Assembly: GCA_950097015.1 (NCBI GenBank)
Contig: CATNEN010000038.1
Coordinates: 28,210,001-28,274,000, forward strand
DNA: 64,000 bases
Direction of reading: 5' to 3'
DNA from: Macrostomum hystrix
Taxonomy: Eukaryota > Animalia > Platyhelminthes
Part shown: piece after piece, positions 1 to 14,032 of the stretch
Layout: every line of letters starts with the position of its first letter
Position numbering within the stretch: position 1 is the stretch's first letter
Notes under the pieces: generated by a model
Database searches by the model: none
What the model was told of the DNA's origin: nothing
Seen by the model: only the letters and a program-made list of their open reading frames with translations
Made by a program: the position numbers and the translations under genes

Positions 1-248
1 AGGAAGCATGTAAACCCGAAAATATTAATCAGCTCATGCGCTACCTTCGGGCCACCCGCAGAGCTGAACTTCCTCTTCCAGGGAGCAACGTGGCTGCGAA
101 GAGAGAGTCCGAGGGACCTCCCTGGGCGACGCCAACTCCTCGTTCGTGACGGCGCGTCGGTGGTTCAGGGACTAGCAGAATGGGCGGCATCGCCTTCCCG
201 CTGTGTACCTCTATGGGACCGCCCTGCAGCTAAGTCAAGTAAGTCAAG
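1..248 (+). mobile_element. 3' end of a LOA/R1-group non-LTR retrotransposon (ORF2 C-terminus, 3' UTR, TAAGTCAAG tail), antisense within the NRBP-like intron
   Basis: Frame 3..149 reads EACKPENINQLMRYLRATRRAELPLPG...EGPP...*, which aligns with the C-terminus of ORF2 at 58807..62511 ([25 protein letters not shown]...DGPP*). It ends in the same GCTAAGTCAAGTAAGTCAA tail. Confidence 0.9.
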
Positions 249-267
249 ATCAAATTACTCCAAAAGA

Positions 268-625
268 ACCGCCAAATATAAGTTGATCGAACGACTTCAA
301 AAGAACCGCCACTTAATTTATCGAACGACTTCAAATGAGCCGCCACTTAATTGATCGAATGACTTCGAATGAGCCGCCACTTAATTTATCGAATGACTTC
401 AAATGAGCCGCCACTTAATTGATCGAATGACTTCAAATGAGCCGCGACTTAATTGATCGAATGACTTCAAATGAGCCGCCACTTAATTGATCGAATGACT
501 TCAAATGAGCCGCCACTTAATTGATCGAATGACTTCAAATGAGCCGCGACTTAATTGATCGAATGACTTCAAATGAGCCGCCACTTAATTTATCGGACGA
601 CTTCAAAGAACCACCAGTTAATTGA
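268..625. repeat. 34-bp minisatellite (GAATGACTTCAAATGAGCCGCCACTTAATTGATC), about 10 units
   Basis: Tandem periodicity is directly visible, with degenerate edges. Confidence 0.93.
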
Positions 626-893
626 TCAAATGATTTTATGTAAAAATCACTAGTCAATAAAACGAATGATTTAGTCAGTTTGTCTGTAAATGTAACTTCA
701 ATGAGGCCGCCTTTTTAATTATTTAACGAGTTCTTAATGAACCCGAAGATTTAATTTAATTGCTAAGCTCAAAGGGACCGCCTAATGCCTAGAATGAAGC
801 CAAGAAAGTATCTATCGTGACTTGACAAATATTTCACTACTTTAGAAAATACTCATGAAAAATGTTATGAAAAAAACATAATGTATGATTTAC

Positions 894-1256
894 CTCCAAC
901 TCAGCCACCGCTTTGCCCTGCTCGCTACCAATGAGCACTTCATTCCACAATACCTCCCTTCCGACTTTGGGATCGATAGCGAAATAAGTAGAATCCACGC
1001 CAACAATTGTAACCGGGTGGCGAATATTTCGCTTTTGAAATCTTTCGCTCGGACTTTTCTCGATAATTTTTTCATTATCTTCGTCGTCGTCATCTTCAAC
1101 GTCTGGCGGCTCGGGTAGGATGACAGGGGCGGACGAGCTGGCTGCCAAGGAGCCGGCGTCGGGCATAACAGCACTCTGTGTCTGCGATGCAGCTGTTGCT
1201 AAGGTACTGCTAGTAATATTTCCATTCAGATTTTCTTCAGTGCGCGATTGTTGCAT
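894..1256 (-). CDS. NRBP1: First coding exon of an NRBP/Madm-like pseudokinase; the gene continues beyond the left edge
   Basis: An acidic tract followed by IIEKSPSERFQKR...GVDSTYFAIDPKVGREVLWNEV resembles the NRBP N-lobe (ILEESPCGRWQKR...GIDSAYLAMDTEEGVEVVWNEV). Splice donor GAG|GTAAAT after 894. Confidence 0.8.
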
Positions 1257-1410
1257 TCTTTAATTAATTAGAGTGCTAAGATAGCCGACAAACTTAATTT
1301 TAATTAAAGTTGATTATTACTGAAAGCGTAACAGCAATATTATGCTTCGAAGACAAAGATTAACAAAGTTATACTAAACGACGGAAGTTAATAAAAAATT
1401 GGCGCAACAA

Positions 1411-1695
1411 TAGACCCGCAGCCAGCGAGGATGCAATTCTGCCCATTTCGCTGACTCCTGAGCACACACGCACACAGATACTGTACGCAGTCACACTCAC
1501 ACAGCTGTGTACACCTGCCCTGACTTTCTCGTCAGGCAGTGTACACTCTCACTGTGCATTGGATGTTGTTAAATTGCAAGCCCCCAAGCCTTCTCTCTGC
1601 GGCTGCGCCCCAAATGAATGTGGCCTCACTGCGGAATCGAGATTATGGACCTTGGTGTGAGAGGCAAAAGCGCTAACCGCTTTGCCACTCACCCC
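1411..1695 (-). mobile_element. tRNA-derived SINE copy (internal deletion, 3' truncated)
   Basis: Aligns with the copy at 48151..48486: GGGGTGAGTGGCAAAGCGGTTAGCG head and GGAGTCAGCGAAATGGGCAGAATTGCATCCTCGCTGGCTGCGGGTCTA tail. Confidence 0.88.
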
Positions 1696-3514
1696 TTAAC
1701 AGCGGGAATTTCAATTACATAACCCAATGCTTTGTCACGTAATCAGCGATATTTAGCTGTGATAGTTGTACTTTTAAACTGCTATTTATTTTTATTGACA
1801 ACGGAAAGCCATGAAAACTTACGTCTTATTTTGCTGCTTTGAAAAACTAATTTTTTATATATTTCGTCTGACTTTGAAAAAATCGGCAAAGCGAAGCATT
1901 CCGATCTCAAAGGAGGAAAAAAGCAACCTTTGTGTTAACCGCCTAATTCGAAAAAAATTACATGTTTAATATTGTCTGTCACACCAACCAATAAACCGAC
2001 CGCGCCAGATCAAAGGATGAATGCCTACAAAAGAGCGCAATTTCCTAGATACAGGCTTCAATGAGTTGACGCCAAAAAACAAAAAATAACTATCTAGCTC
2101 TGGATTAATGTGTAGTTAAGCCAGTAGTCGGCAAAGATCAATGGAAAGAGGACTCGAAATTTATTAATTGCAGCGCAGATACGTTCTATAAGCGTATTTT
2201 GTGTGAAATCTTTATTCGACACCAAATTCTGGCATGGCACTTAGAAACAGACTAAACAGAAGCACAAATAGGGGAGTGATGAGAAATATGAGACATGAGA
2301 AAGAGAAAGATAAGGCTTGGGAGAGATCAGACAGATAAGATAAGATCCAGATAATAATAAAGCTAATAAAATAATCATATAGTAATTCCTACTCCTACAT
2401 CGGACTTACAGACTAGACGAAATGAGACCAGACGAGGCAGACGGACAAATGGGAAGAAATGGGAACAAAGGTAGGCAATTATTTAGACTTATAATTTTTT
2501 CGCATCCCAAGTGAAAGTAAAAAAATCGCCAATTCTACTGTATGAAACGGGTCTTCATTCCTAAAAGACATTCTGCCGAAGTTAACGGAAGAAAGGGATG
2601 ATTTTGTTGGAATGGGTCTGGCTCCCACGGACACCACCCCCCTTAGAGAGGTGTTTATCAAGAATGCAGGGAACCGTGCTATGGGAACAGGGCAAACGTT
2701 AGATTGAGGAAGGGCACCTCAAGCCCACCTACCAGCGGGGCTGCCTTCGCCTAAAAAAGACGTTCTTTCTTTCTCTTCGCTTTCTTTAACTATCCTACGC
2801 CTTTTAATCATCAAAGGATGCCGCCGCGGCACTAGCAGCAGCAGCAGCAGCAGCAGCAGCTGGCCACAACCACACGCAGAGAGCGGCTGCATGTCAGTGA
2901 AAAGATTGCGAAGGCGAAGCGACTGGGAACGGAGGAGGAGGAGGCGGAGGCGGCGGCGGCGGCGGTTGGAAAAGCAAAGCGGGCGGCATCCTTTGATGTC
3001 AGCTGCTCCACCTTCACATTCTAAAAAGGCCAGAAGCCGCAAAATCTACCCCCTACCAACACTTACACACAAGACGGAGAAAGAAAAAATGGAAGATTGG
3101 CAATCGAAGCCCAGTTAGTTAAAAGAATAAAAGCAGCGACGTTTCAAACTATGGCCGGGACTTTTTTATCAAGTCCCTCTGTTAGATAAAAAGAAGCGAT
3201 TTCTTACTAAATAACGATTAGGAGGAATTCCATCTAAATAATACAAGTTCACTGTCTGATGCTCCTATTTAATATGCATGCGATACATAGAGGTTGCGTC
3301 ACAATGATACATTTCATCAGCGTTTGGATACCTGGGGTAGATGCAGGATGATTGAAGGTTAGTTCGGCAGGCGTGCCAATAGAGAATTAGTTTTTAAGTT
3401 GAATGAAGTCGCTTGGATTGGCTCCTGCAGACAGGGCCAACATAAACCAGCCAATCAACACTAAGATCCGACTGTCTGCTGTCTGCTGTCCACAGACTGG
3501 CCAGAAATTATCCA

Positions 3515-3527
3515 GATATATAAAAGG
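3515..3527 (+). promoter_or_regulatory. Candidate TATA box for the C-type lectin gene
   Basis: GATATATAAAAGG about 80 bp upstream of the ATG at 3599. Confidence 0.45.
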
Positions 3528-3598
3528 ATTTCAATTTAGAAACTAATATACATTAGGCTCTAATAAGAAATAAGAAAGTAGAATTAGAGTGAATAATT

Positions 3599-4480
3599 AT
3601 GGCATTGCTAAGCAGCAACAGCAGCAGCAACAGCAGTAGCAGCAGCAGTGGTGGCGGCAACGGAAGCAGCAACAATTGGAAACTATCAAAGCTAGCTGCT
3701 TTGCTGTGCTTGAGCGCGCTTTTGCAACGTCTAGATCAAGTGGACAGTGCGGTAACTATCGGCCTAGGAGACAGGGCTTCACGAGGATCAGGCATCGGTT
3801 TGTCTATACTCAATCTATTCACTGTGCTAATCTCCTATCTCCATGCTTTAAATCTTAATCTCAACCCAATCAATCAATCAATAATTTTCAGGTGGACCCT
3901 ACAGCGTCACCTACGATCTAAGCCGGCAGTCCAGTCCCCTATGCCCCCGCGGCTTCAAGCGCGAACCGTTGCACGTTAGACGCTGCTTCAAAGTGGTACT
4001 ATTGAAAGCAAGTTGGATTGCTGCGAAAGGCTATTGCGAAGCTATGAACTCAATTCTAGCCGAGATTACATCAGCCGAAGAGCAAAGCTTTCTAGTAGAC
4101 GAAATCAAAGCTCAACTAAGTAAGAATGAAACGAGTAAAAATGAGTAAAATCACATTTTTATCCTACTACTTTAAGTAAAATACTGTAAAAATTGAATTC
4201 TAACACAGGTTGGCGCCCAACGCTCAACAATCAGAAGCAGCAATTCTGGATTGGGGCCACCGACCTGGCCTACGAAGGCCAGTGGCGCTGGTTGGCGGAC
4301 AATCGACCAATTAACGACATTGGCTATGCTAACTGGGGCAGCAGGCAGCCAGATATGAGAAGAAAGCACGAGCATTGTATGGCAATGCGAGCTAACACAA
4401 AGGCTACCGATTATAAATGGCACGATATCAGTTGTTATAAACAGAACTTCTTTATCTGCTATAAGAAGCTGGACGTCTAG
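3599..4480 (+). CDS. Secreted C-type lectin (single CTLD, QPD motif); exons 3599-3797, 3892-4119, 4209-4480
   Basis: GT-AG introns with consistent phases give a hydrophobic leader, then CPRGF...CFKV...W..AKGYCEAMNSILAEI...FWIGATD...EGQWRW...NWGSRQPD...EHC...WHDISC...FIC. Confidence 0.92.
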
Positions 4481-7400
4481 AAGAATTGACTAGACCAGAA
4501 GAACAATAGAAACTACTTAGTGCACATAATACCTCATACCTGCTACTGATGCATAGTAGCCTGATGTGTGCATGTTTTTGTTAATTTTCAAATGAAAATA
4601 ACTATTGTACAGCCTTGTGAGATAACAGACATCACATAGGGACCTCTAAATGAGCTAATTACAAATGTAGCTAGTTTACAAGCTGCTTATATCTACCTCA
4701 TAAAATATTTAAACACTGTATCTACCTCTCAAAAGCACATAAATCTATCTTAAGTCAATAAAAAGTGCAACAATCTAATATTTTATCTAATGTCAAGTTC
4801 ATTTAATGCTAATCACATTTGCATGTCAATTATGTTTTTTTATATTATAGCACATAGTAACTTACAAAATACACAAACAAAAAGCAGCAATTTTGAACAT
4901 AAGAAAGTTTAAATTTGACAACCATTATTTTACTTTTGTATTGCATTCCATAAATTTTACAAAGTTTGATAGACAAAATTAAAGACAAATATACAATAAG
5001 AAATTAAGCTAAGCCTTGATTTTAAGGTCATATTTAAGTGAATAGGCAGTCAAAGCTTGTTCTAATAAATAGCCTTAAGAAATGTAGAGACTGTATTTCA
5101 TAAATATATTGGTCATTTAGATTCTGAATTGGATAAAATTTGGATAAAATTGTCACAAAAAATAAATTTGACTACAGTTAGCCAGCCTATTTGACTTACA
5201 CCTGAACAAAAACTACCCTTAGAGTACATCTGACCAGTGTTCCAAGTCATTTAGGTAACAACCACAGAGGTGACAGCATTAGGATATTTTGAAAAAAACT
5301 AATTCTTCTAATATAGTTTTTACTTTAGAGAAATACAGAGTACTTAGGGGCACAGTTAGTCATGCCTATAATGCTTGAATGCAGCCATGTAACTACAATT
5401 AAAATGTTAGATAAAGCTGTAGTCTTGTCTAAAACAGCAAGGTACACCAGCATAGTATAAAAATTATAATATATGACATGAACCACAGGCAAGAATTTTT
5501 GCACTATAGCATGTGTCTTGGCAAATGAAAATTTTATTTGGAACTTTCAATTTAGACCAATAGTGCCAAAAGGGTTCTATACATTTTAGATGTGGTGACA
5601 ACAAATGTTCTTAGGAATAATGAAGACTATGATTGACAACAGATGACTCCTAAAAATTAAGATAAAAATTATTCATCAAACTAAAAAAATTGTTGAATGC
5701 CAATTAGCAACCAGATTTTCAACACCAGGTGTCAAGGTAACAGAATAATTTTGTCAAAAAACCTAGACCATAGGCCCTTGCTATATACTTATCCCAGCAG
5801 TCAAGCAATGACAACATTGTGCAAGAGGTCCAAAATGTATATCATGTAGTGTATATACCCAAAAATATGGATGTAACCTGTCTATTCTTGCTTACATGGT
5901 TGGTGTGTGCTTGTCTCTCATTGAATTCTGAATGTACACTAAGTGCTCAAGGTAGATAAAATGCATATAACTTTCATGATTAATAGTTACAAAGAAAACT
6001 GATTGACAAGAGAAAAACATTTTTTCATTGCCTATTTATCAGATTTTTTAAAGAACACCATTATAACCTTGAATCATGTAATATATATATTTGTCTATAT
6101 TCTAGTTTAGCCTTTTGAGTTATTTCTGACATTAACCAAGTATAATTAAGACTAGGCTCCCCTATGGCAAAATGTAAATGTATTTATCAAATCAAGGCAT
6201 ACAACAACATTTCCATTACTGCAAATTAGGACAAGCTGGTTACTAACTATATATATAAAAATAAATCAAATATTGTCACATTTGATTTACTGAACAATTA
6301 GAATTAAAAACTAATACATGTAGTTCACAAATGTCTCATTGTCAAAAACCAATCAACATATTCTAGGCCTATACAGCTGCCCTGTCAGTCACTCTGTCAG
6401 CCTGTCCTGTCCCTAATATGTGGTTGTAGGCGTGGCTTGTGCAAGTTGTGCCTTGCTTATGGACATGGCTGCCATGTCCTAAAGTCCTGGAATTACAACC
6501 TGGCCATTATTTCCATAACCTAACCATAAGCAAGACAAATCAGTATTCAGAATTCAGTATTAGGGACATGCAACATGGCGCATCAAAAACAAAAATTATA
6601 TAGATAAAAGTAAATTTCTAGTAGTAGGCCCCTATTTAATTTTCGTTTACTTCATTTAAATATTGAGATTGGAACACGCATTTGCTTAGTCCAGACCAAT
6701 ACCATACAGGGGTTATTGTTCTTTAACTTCTGTGTTCTGTTTGCAAAATTATTAAAACATTTTGTCGTTGAATTAAACTAATGGTAGACACTAGATTGCT
6801 AGCGTTATAGCATTTATCAGTTTAACTCATGTGAAATTACAGATGTAATGCGCTATAATAAAATGCAGCTTATCATGATTACTGCTTCAGTGCTTTTTCT
6901 ATTGTATAACCAATGTGTACAGCTAAATTTGAAATCAATAATAGTAGTAAGGCTAAGTCATGTTTCTAAGAAACTCTAAAATTATGTAATTATAACAATT
7001 AAAACTTTTTAACCTATAATCTTGCAATTTAATAAACATAATATTCAACGTAACCTAACCCACTTTAATAAAGTTTTTTATCAGTAAATTATTCTGGTTA
7101 GGTTTTATGCAAAAGCCAAATCAAGTATTCATTCTCTGGTTACGGCGCAATAACAGAAATCAATATTCGACCAATGAGATGGTAAATTTTAAACATTTTC
7201 ACCTATTTGCATTCACTGACTCACAGTGAATCATATTTAAGAGGTTTTGTGTACAACTCAATATCCGTGCTGCTTTTATTGTAACAGAGCACAAAAAGTG
7301 GCGTCTTAAATCACTTATAACCATGAGCTCGGCGGCACACGCTGAACTTTCCAGTTCAGCTAAGCGCAATCGATCGGCTGATATAAGCAATAACCCAAAC

Positions 7401-8653
7401 GCCAAGGAAAAATTCCACTCTTTTTTCACTTAGTTTTAAATTATATACAACACAGAATAACAAGGAAGGACGGTTGGTGAACCGTTTTAGGATTATAAAT
7501 AATGCCCACATTGTTGTATACAATTAGTTTTTTTCGAGTCTGCCTGACAGTATATTGCAATATTGCTAATATTAAGAATATTAATTACGAATTTCTGAGC
7601 TGTCTGGAAACACTGTTAAAAACTTTTCAGTTTACTTTTCAATGAATTATAGCGGCTAGCAAAATATCATATATGGTATACAAAGTATATTTGTATTCAA
7701 ACAATACGATTAGCTTCTACGACCATGAAGATCGTTATGAAGGAAAAAACAAATGATAAAACAAAGCGAAACTACAGATTTCGGCGCACGGTTTGAGAAT
7801 ACAAAGAGGAATGAATTTAGCCTACGCGCAAATTTTTTTCAGTAATCTTTGTGTATTTTTGCAGATTTTTAAACGTGCTGCAATACCAAAGAAAAAAAAC
7901 AGGCATTTCTGCTTTAGGTACAATTAGTAGTAGCGACACCACCGTATATTAATAAAAAAATAGAAATAAGATAGAGCAGCAAATATATTTGCCAAAAAGC
8001 TGGCCAGCTAGAGTTAATCAAAGAATATAAATGTAAAAACAGTTAATGAAATTGTGTGAAATAAATATTTCAAAACTATGACTGTTAATGTCTGTAAGGC
8101 TATTAGTTTACAAGGACACATTGACACAAGGTTTGTTATAGTCTGGCTCCGACTTTGATGGCTACAACAAAGCGTCTGTTTTGGGTCGCCCTAACTGTCT
8201 GTTTGTATATTTAACCGCCATGAGAAACAATTTTAAGCCCCGCAAAACATTCTTGGAGTGTGGCCGGATTTCGAACTGCGGGAGTACGAGTCGAAATTGT
8301 TACGGCGCGGCCAGAAAACCACAAACCAGGTCTCAGGGCTAGTACATTAACCATTTTAAGCCAAGGTGAGAAAAAGCGAGAAAAATTATAATATCACATA
8401 TCAAATTGTGTACAAAAAGAACTAAATTTGTAAGACCAATCTTAAATTACACGTCTTTGTACATCAGTTAAAGATTCTGTCTGTAAAAAAATATTCAAAA
8501 ACGTCCTTTTTAAAAGCTGGACCTTTAATCTTGGAAGTGGAGGTAAAGTTAGCACTAAAATGTAAGTCTTTTAGTTTAAAATGTTAATTTTGCTACTATG
8601 AGTAAGCGATCGTTAAATTAGCGAATTAAAAGCCTCAACAGAATCGAGAACAA

Positions 8654-11600
8654 TTATTCTTCAGCTGCTTCACTTCTCGACAATTCATCGTTCACAGTTT
8701 TTGTCGAATCTTTTTCACTAAATTCAAGATCTTCCAAGTCTTGATCGGCATCGCTTTCATCTGCGCATTCATCGAGGGTCTCATCCCAGGCGGCCTGTTC
8801 GATGCGACCCTCGACTCGGGGACAATGAGGCTTGGCGGCAGCCAGCAGCTCAGCCTCCTCGCGATCCATTAAAAAATGCCGACGAACCATTGCCCAACGC
8901 TCGCGTGTCGTCTGCCCCTGCTGCTGCTGCTGCTGTTGCTGCTCCTGCTGCTGCTGCTGAGGATTCCTGGAGTCCGTAGCGAATGTGATGTTTTTATAAA
9001 TATAATCAAGCAATTTTGAAACTATTTCTAGAAGCAGACAAGTAGTTATTACTTTATAATTCAAATCTTGTCAGTGGAAAGATTATTTTCCGGCTTCATT
9101 TTATTACGACAATATCACTATGTTCGTAATAACAAATAACTCTAAATTGAAAGAAGCCACATAGCTAGGATGGGTTAGCAAAACTTCAGATTACGACACA
9201 GATATTTACTTTGTTTCACTTTGCATAAACGGTTTTTTAATTATAATTGTTTTTTGTTTATTTCCAGCACCGGTAAAATAAAATATTGACTTTTGTAATC
9301 TATTATGACAAAGTTGCTGTCTCAATATTGCATATTGGAGTTTTTTTATGGCAAAAACCACTCGTTAACTTGAGTGCTTTGGGACTAAAAAATGCTTAAT
9401 GTTTTGTGTATGAAAAATCTGTATTTTTATGCGCAATACCTCTTATGTGTTTAAATGAGTATGTGTTTTTACAAAAACAACTAAAAATGTTGTTGGTTTA
9501 CGCAGGTCTTTAAAAAAATAACTGTATGCGTAAAGAAATTAAAAAATCCTTTGATTTTAACAATTTTATCACGAAAAAAGTTATAACAAATACGAGTTAT
9601 AACAAAAGTTATAACAAAAACTCGTATATATACTTTTTGGACAAATTGTAGTTCGAAAACCAGCGGAAAAGCTATCACTTATTGGCGTAGTTTTTTTAAA
9701 CTGTAATTAACTGTGTTTGTATAAAAAATAATAAATTCCAGTGTTGCTAACATTTTTATCACGAAACTAAGTTATAACAAATATACACGGTTTTAACAAG
9801 GTACCACGATCACTATTCTGCGCAGAATATCTGTACTACATCACAAGCAGAAGATAGAGGGTAATATCAAGAGACTTACCTAACAGTATTATCATTCGCA
9901 TTCTCATCTCCATTAGCAGCCAATTCAGCAGCGGCAGCATCGGCGATAGCCTGAAGCCTGGCTATCACGCACACTGAAACCTTGCCAGTGAGGGTCCGGC
10001 GCCTCTGCATGGAGATCAGCCGGTGACGATGCCGATTGCGCGACCGTTGCCAGCCGCGCAGCACAGCGCTAGCCAAGAAATAATTCTGCACAGCCACGCT
10101 CCAGATTGGTCCTTCTTCGTCGTCGACTAGCACCCGGCAGCTCGGCAGCATGTCGTAACCGTCGCGACCGGTGTACAGGTACTGCTTAGTTGCCATGCGG
10201 TAAAAAACTTTTTTGTTATAACGTAGTTGTCGACCGCCGATTTGAACGCTGCGCGGATCGACGCGCGAACCCGGCGGACGAGAGCCGTCGAAACGGAATT
10301 CAATGCCGGAGACCTTGTTATAAGCGGAGCTAGTTTTAAACAAAACAAACCTCTAAGAAACGAAGAAGCATCTAGAAAACAAGAAGATAATGTAAGAAAA
10401 CAGAGAGATAATTCTAAGAAACTAAAATTAAGAATAGATAATTCTAGGAAAGGAAAAAAATTCTTGGAAACGAACATTTAATTCTAAGAAACGAACATAT
10501 AATTCTAAGAAACGAAAATATAATTCTAAGAAACGAAAAGATAATTCTAGGAAACGAAACTGTTTATGTAGGAAACGAAGCACAAAAAAGACTTTCCCTA
10601 AACTTTGTTATAACAGAGCCAAATCTACAGCCAGCCACTAAGAAACAAAAATTGATTGACAACGCAAAAGTCGCACCTGAGGAAATCGTCCTTCCAACGC
10701 GGGCCACTGGGACACGCCATTTTCTAGAGCAGCCAGAACACCTTTGGCGTCAATCTCTAGCACAACCATGGGGTCTAGCATTGGCAGGATGCGGTGCAGA
10801 TCGCCTAAACTGAACGGACCGGCTGGTAGGACGCAGTCGGCACGAAATGAGCCCGAATTAACTAGCACAAAGTCGGCCTGTTCGTTATTTTGAATCATTT
10901 AATGGAATAAAAATAAAAATAATAATTGCAGGACGGCTGCGGGCAATGGCACATTACTTGGTGACACTAGATCCGCAGCCAGCGAGGAGGCAATTCTGTT
11001 CATTTCGCTGACTCCTGAGCACACACTCACACAGGCGTGTACACCTGCCCTGACTTTCTCATCGTCAGGCAGTGTACACTCTCACTGTGCCTTGGAGGTT
11101 GGCCCTCAAGGGCGTAAATTGCACGACAAGCCCCCAAGCCTTCTCTCCGCGGCTGCGCCCCAAATAAATGTGGCCTCGTCTCGGAATCCAACTTTGGAAA
11201 TTTGGCGCGAGAGGAAAAACCGCACTTTCAATTTTAACAATTTTATTTGCTTTTTATCAGAAATATATGATTTTATGATACCTCCAGCGATCTGTTGCCT
11301 GGTTACCTTTGACTTATGTAACTTGTTAATCGGCTTCTAAAACACCTGTCACCTGTTAACTAGTTCCTGTATAGTTAACTAGCTCGTGACACATCTCATT
11401 TATCAATCAGTTTCTGCTACACATGTCACTTGTCAATCAGTTTTTCAGACTGATTGTTTCCTTAAGACCTGTAACTCGTCGATTAGATTGTGACACCTGT
11501 CGCTTGTCAATCAGCTTCTAAGATACCTTTCACCTTTCACAATCGGCCTCTGTAACAGCAGTGTCACCCGCAGCTTGACATCTTAGATGGCAGTGAAATA

Positions 11601-13144
11601 CAACCGTAATCGGTTATCTTGAATCTCACAAGAAAATCACGGTAAGTCTCATTATTATCTCAGCTTACCTGTAGAGCCGTCAAGACAATATCAGTGAACA
11701 GATTGCCTAGATTGGTTTCCTCAGTTCGAATTCGACTGAATCGACACTCGAGCGGACAGTCGATGGTGCCTAATTCGCGCTGCATGCTTCGCTCCAGGTT
11801 TTTAACGTGCTTAGCAACCGCCTTAGCAACGCCGGGATCTTCAGCAAAGCGTCGGCCAACAACATCGACAGTTTCTAAGCGAATCTCTAATGGAGAAATG
11901 GACCCAGCTTCGCTCTGATTGGTCAAGCCCGGAGCCAATAGGGTGACGACTGTGAATTGACGAAAATCAGTGCCACTCTTCAGGATTAGTCTGTTATTTA
12001 CGAACTCGACACCGTAGTTGTGATCGTGACCGCCTGTGATGATCAGATTTTATGGGATAAATAATAAATGATAATGTATATAACAAATGGATAATTTCGC
12101 TACATAAATATATTAAGGCGTACAATACCGTGACGTCATTATGAATTGACAGGTGGCCTCACCCAGTATGAGATCGATGTAATTGGCCGCACGAGCCAAT
12201 TTTCGATCGTTGGGCCAGCGCATGTGGGTCAGGGCCACCACTAGATCGCACGTCTCCGGACCTTCCTTCAATTCCTTCGCCAATTCTTCGCCTCGTTCGC
12301 AGAAGTCAAAGAATTCAATGTCGTCGGCGTCGATTGAAGACAATGTGTCAACCCACTCCATCTCAACTAGACCGATGATGCCAATCTTTGATTCAAATAG
12401 ATCAGATGGGATAAAGTGAGAATCTAGGATATTTTGATAAAAAGGATCTAGGAGAATCTGAGGATCTGGGAGAATCTGAGGATCTGGGAAAATCTGAGGA
12501 TCTGGGAAAATCTGAGGATCTGGGAGATTTTACAATCTGAGGATCTGGAAGAGTCTGAGGATCTGGGAGATTTTACAATCGAAGGATCTGGGAGATTTTA
12601 CAATCTGAGGATCTGGGAGATTTTACAATCTGAGGATCTGGGAGATTTCACAATCTGAGGATCTGGGAGATTTTACAATCTGAGGATCTGGGAGATTTTA
12701 CAATCTGAGGATCTGGTATCTTACCTTTAGCCCGGACGTCTCGTGTCGTATGCACACAAACTCTTTAGCCTCGGCCAGTGGTTCGCCAGTCTCTGAGTCG
12801 TTAATATTAGACAAAATCCATGGGAATCCAGTGCCAGAACAGCACTGAATTAGATTGTCAATGCCAAAGTCGAAATCGTGATTGCCAAAACAGGCCGCGT
12901 CGATCTTGCAAGCTTTGAGTACGTCTACTAAATGAGCACCTTTTGTTACTGTGCTGATTGTTGAGGGGCTGAACACATCGCCGGAGAATAGAATTAGCGG
13001 CCTCAAATGCTGGTAACTGTTCAGCGCCGCCACAAATCTCGCCGCTCCGCCAACATCGCCAGCCGATTCAACATTGTAAACATCGTTGAAATGCAAGATG
13101 GTTAATTCGCGATGCGGAGCCGAAGCTGCAGATGCTGATGACAT
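8654..13144 (-). CDS. 5'-nucleotidase family metallophosphoesterase without signal peptide (CG11883-like); exons 13144-12725, 12385-12163, 12033-11669, 10877-10677, 10313-9880, 8966-8654
   Basis: Motifs ILHFNDVY, SGD, GNHDFDFG, LTHM and LGGHDH (the last joined across an intron), then the C-domain ETNLGNL, NSGSFRAD, GRFPQVSG, GRDGY and PRVEGRI. Splice phases are consistent. Confidence 0.92.
10395..10580. repeat. Degenerate ~22-bp intronic tandem repeat (TAATTCTAAGAAACGAA...)
   Basis: Recurring unit visible. Confidence 0.7.
10907..11223 (-). mobile_element. tRNA-derived SINE copy with complete 3' end and A/T tail
   Basis: Aligns with the other copies. The 3' end reads ...GTGCCATTGCCCGCAGCCGTCCTGCAATTATTATT on the minus strand. 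Confidence 0.9.
12445..12717. repeat. ~25-bp minisatellite (TCTGAGGATCTGGGAGATTTTACAA) in intron 1 of the nucleotidase
   Basis: Visible tandem periodicity. Confidence 0.9.
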
Positions 13145-13217
13145 TGCTGGTCCTTCATTAACTAGAATTTTAGATAAATTTATGTATATTTCAGATAAAC
13201 TTCAAACCTGACAAAAG

Positions 13218-13795
13218 TGTCACTGGGATCTGGGACCAGCGGAGTGAACTTCCCAGTGTCACTGGGATCTGGGACCAGCGGAGTGAACTACCCAGTGTCA
13301 CTATAGGGATCTGGGATCTGCGGAGTGAACTACCCAGTGTCACTATTGGGATCTGGGATCTGCGGAGTGAACTACCCAGTGTCACTATTGGGATCTGGGA
13401 TCTGCGGAGTGAACTACCCAGTGTCACTATTGGGATCTGGGATCTGCGGAGTGAACTACCCAGTGTCACTATTGGGATCTGGGATCTGCGGAGTGAACTA
13501 CCCAGTGTCACTATTGGGATCTGGGATCTGCGGAGTGAACTACCCAGTGTCACTATTGGGATCTGGGATCTGCGGAGTGAACTACCCAGTGTCACTATTG
13601 GGATCTGGGATCTGCGGAGTGAACTACCCAGTGTCACTATTGGAATCTGGGATCTGCGGAGTGAACTACCCAGTGTCACTATTGGAATCTGGGATCTGCG
13701 GAGTGAACTACCCAGTGTCACTATTGGAATCTGGGATCTGCGGAGTGAACTACCCAGTGTCACTATTGAGATCTGGGACCTGCGGAGTGATCTAC
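13218..13795. repeat. 42-bp minisatellite (GTGTCACTATTGGGATCTGGGATCTGCGGAGTGAACTACCCA), about 14 units
   Basis: Near-perfect tandem array, which explains the repetitive ORFs 13191..13763 and 13325..13798. Confidence 0.95.
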
Positions 13796-14032
13796 TAAAT
13801 TTCCCTATTAAGATGTGTGGAGCGAACTATCTGTGAAATTTACATTCCTAGCAAAACACGAAAGCAGCTTAAAAAATCTAGCTTAACAGTTGCGCTTCAC
13901 CTAGCTTGTATAGGGGAAACAGACCATTTTATACAACTGACAATTACGATAACACAGTTTATTTTTATTTTTAAAACAGCATGTTTTAGTATTATAAACT
14001 TAAAGAAGAATTTTAAAACAAAGCTTGAAATC

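Noticed and set aside
3136-3181. Minus-strand CTTGATAA...TGAAACGTC resembles Penelope-type minimal hammerheads
   Set aside because: The core is non-canonical, stem II is very weak, stem I cannot form, and no Penelope ORF is nearby.
4500-8600. 4-kb AT-rich stretch containing ORF 7199..7429
   Set aside because: No recognisable motif, splice-consistent exon chain or terminal repeats were found.
13218-13795. Regular 32-42 bp repeats here and at 26850-28410 could be mistaken for CRISPR arrays
   Set aside because: The units are head-to-tail with no unique spacers, there are no cas genes, and the context is eukaryotic.
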